A stretch of 53,907 nt of DNA, from assembly GCA_031426555.1 (NCBI GenBank), contig JANPLN010000071.1:1-53907 (forward strand), in the 5' to 3' direction. Source of the DNA: Bdellovibrionales bacterium. Lineage in GTDB: Bacteria > Bdellovibrionota > Bdellovibrionia > Bdellovibrionales > JAGQZY01. Shown here piece by piece: positions 53,865 to 53,907 of this stretch. A model generated the notes under the pieces. The model saw nothing but the letters and a program-made list of their open reading frames with translations. It was not told the DNA's origin and made no database searches. A program made the translations under genes and the position numbers. Each line of letters opens with the position of its first letter. Within the stretch, counting starts at the first letter, position 1.

Positions 53865-53907
53865 AAAAAACAGCAATAAAAAAGGTACGCCGTTCCGCTT
53901 GCGGTAC

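Noticed and set aside
1..53907. CRISPR array, tRNA, rRNA, tmRNA, prophage, retron or DGR
   Set aside because: No spaced direct repeats, RNA-gene signatures, reverse transcriptase or phage genes recognised; ssrA is not evident beside smpB in this window.

Overview
A mostly core chromosomal region from a flagellated Gram-negative bacterium; gene content and style suggest a Bdellovibrio-like predator (Bdellovibrionota; inference). Housekeeping genes (prmA, rsmE, heptose adenylyltransferase, purD, glmU-glmS, dciA/trmFO, thyA-folA, rsmD, aspartate aminotransferase, ssb, pal-cpoB, tsaD, rsmA, smpB) are mixed with a flagellin cluster (two fliC, flaG, fliD, fliS), two paralogous sensor kinases, a sigma-54 activator and many secreted or envelope proteins. 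I found no tRNA, rRNA, CRISPR array, transposase or integrase. The most unusual signal is non-coding: three structured palindromic elements plus the possible start of a fourth at the window end. The largest is a 195-bp element with 69-bp arms and a branched core that starts at the glmS stop codon. Flanking codons show a local strand-specific shift (C/A-rich on the + strand to the left, G/T-rich to the right), which looks like a localised mutational footprint; this comes from hand counts and is one-sided at glmS. Other points: six candidate sigma-54 promoters, a recurring GTCTCA-N3-TGAGAC palindrome, a divergent deacetylase/L,D-transpeptidase pair, a Cys-rich secreted pair, and a metallopeptidase-propeller-Omp85-like fusion. 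All family calls come from motif reading, not database searches.
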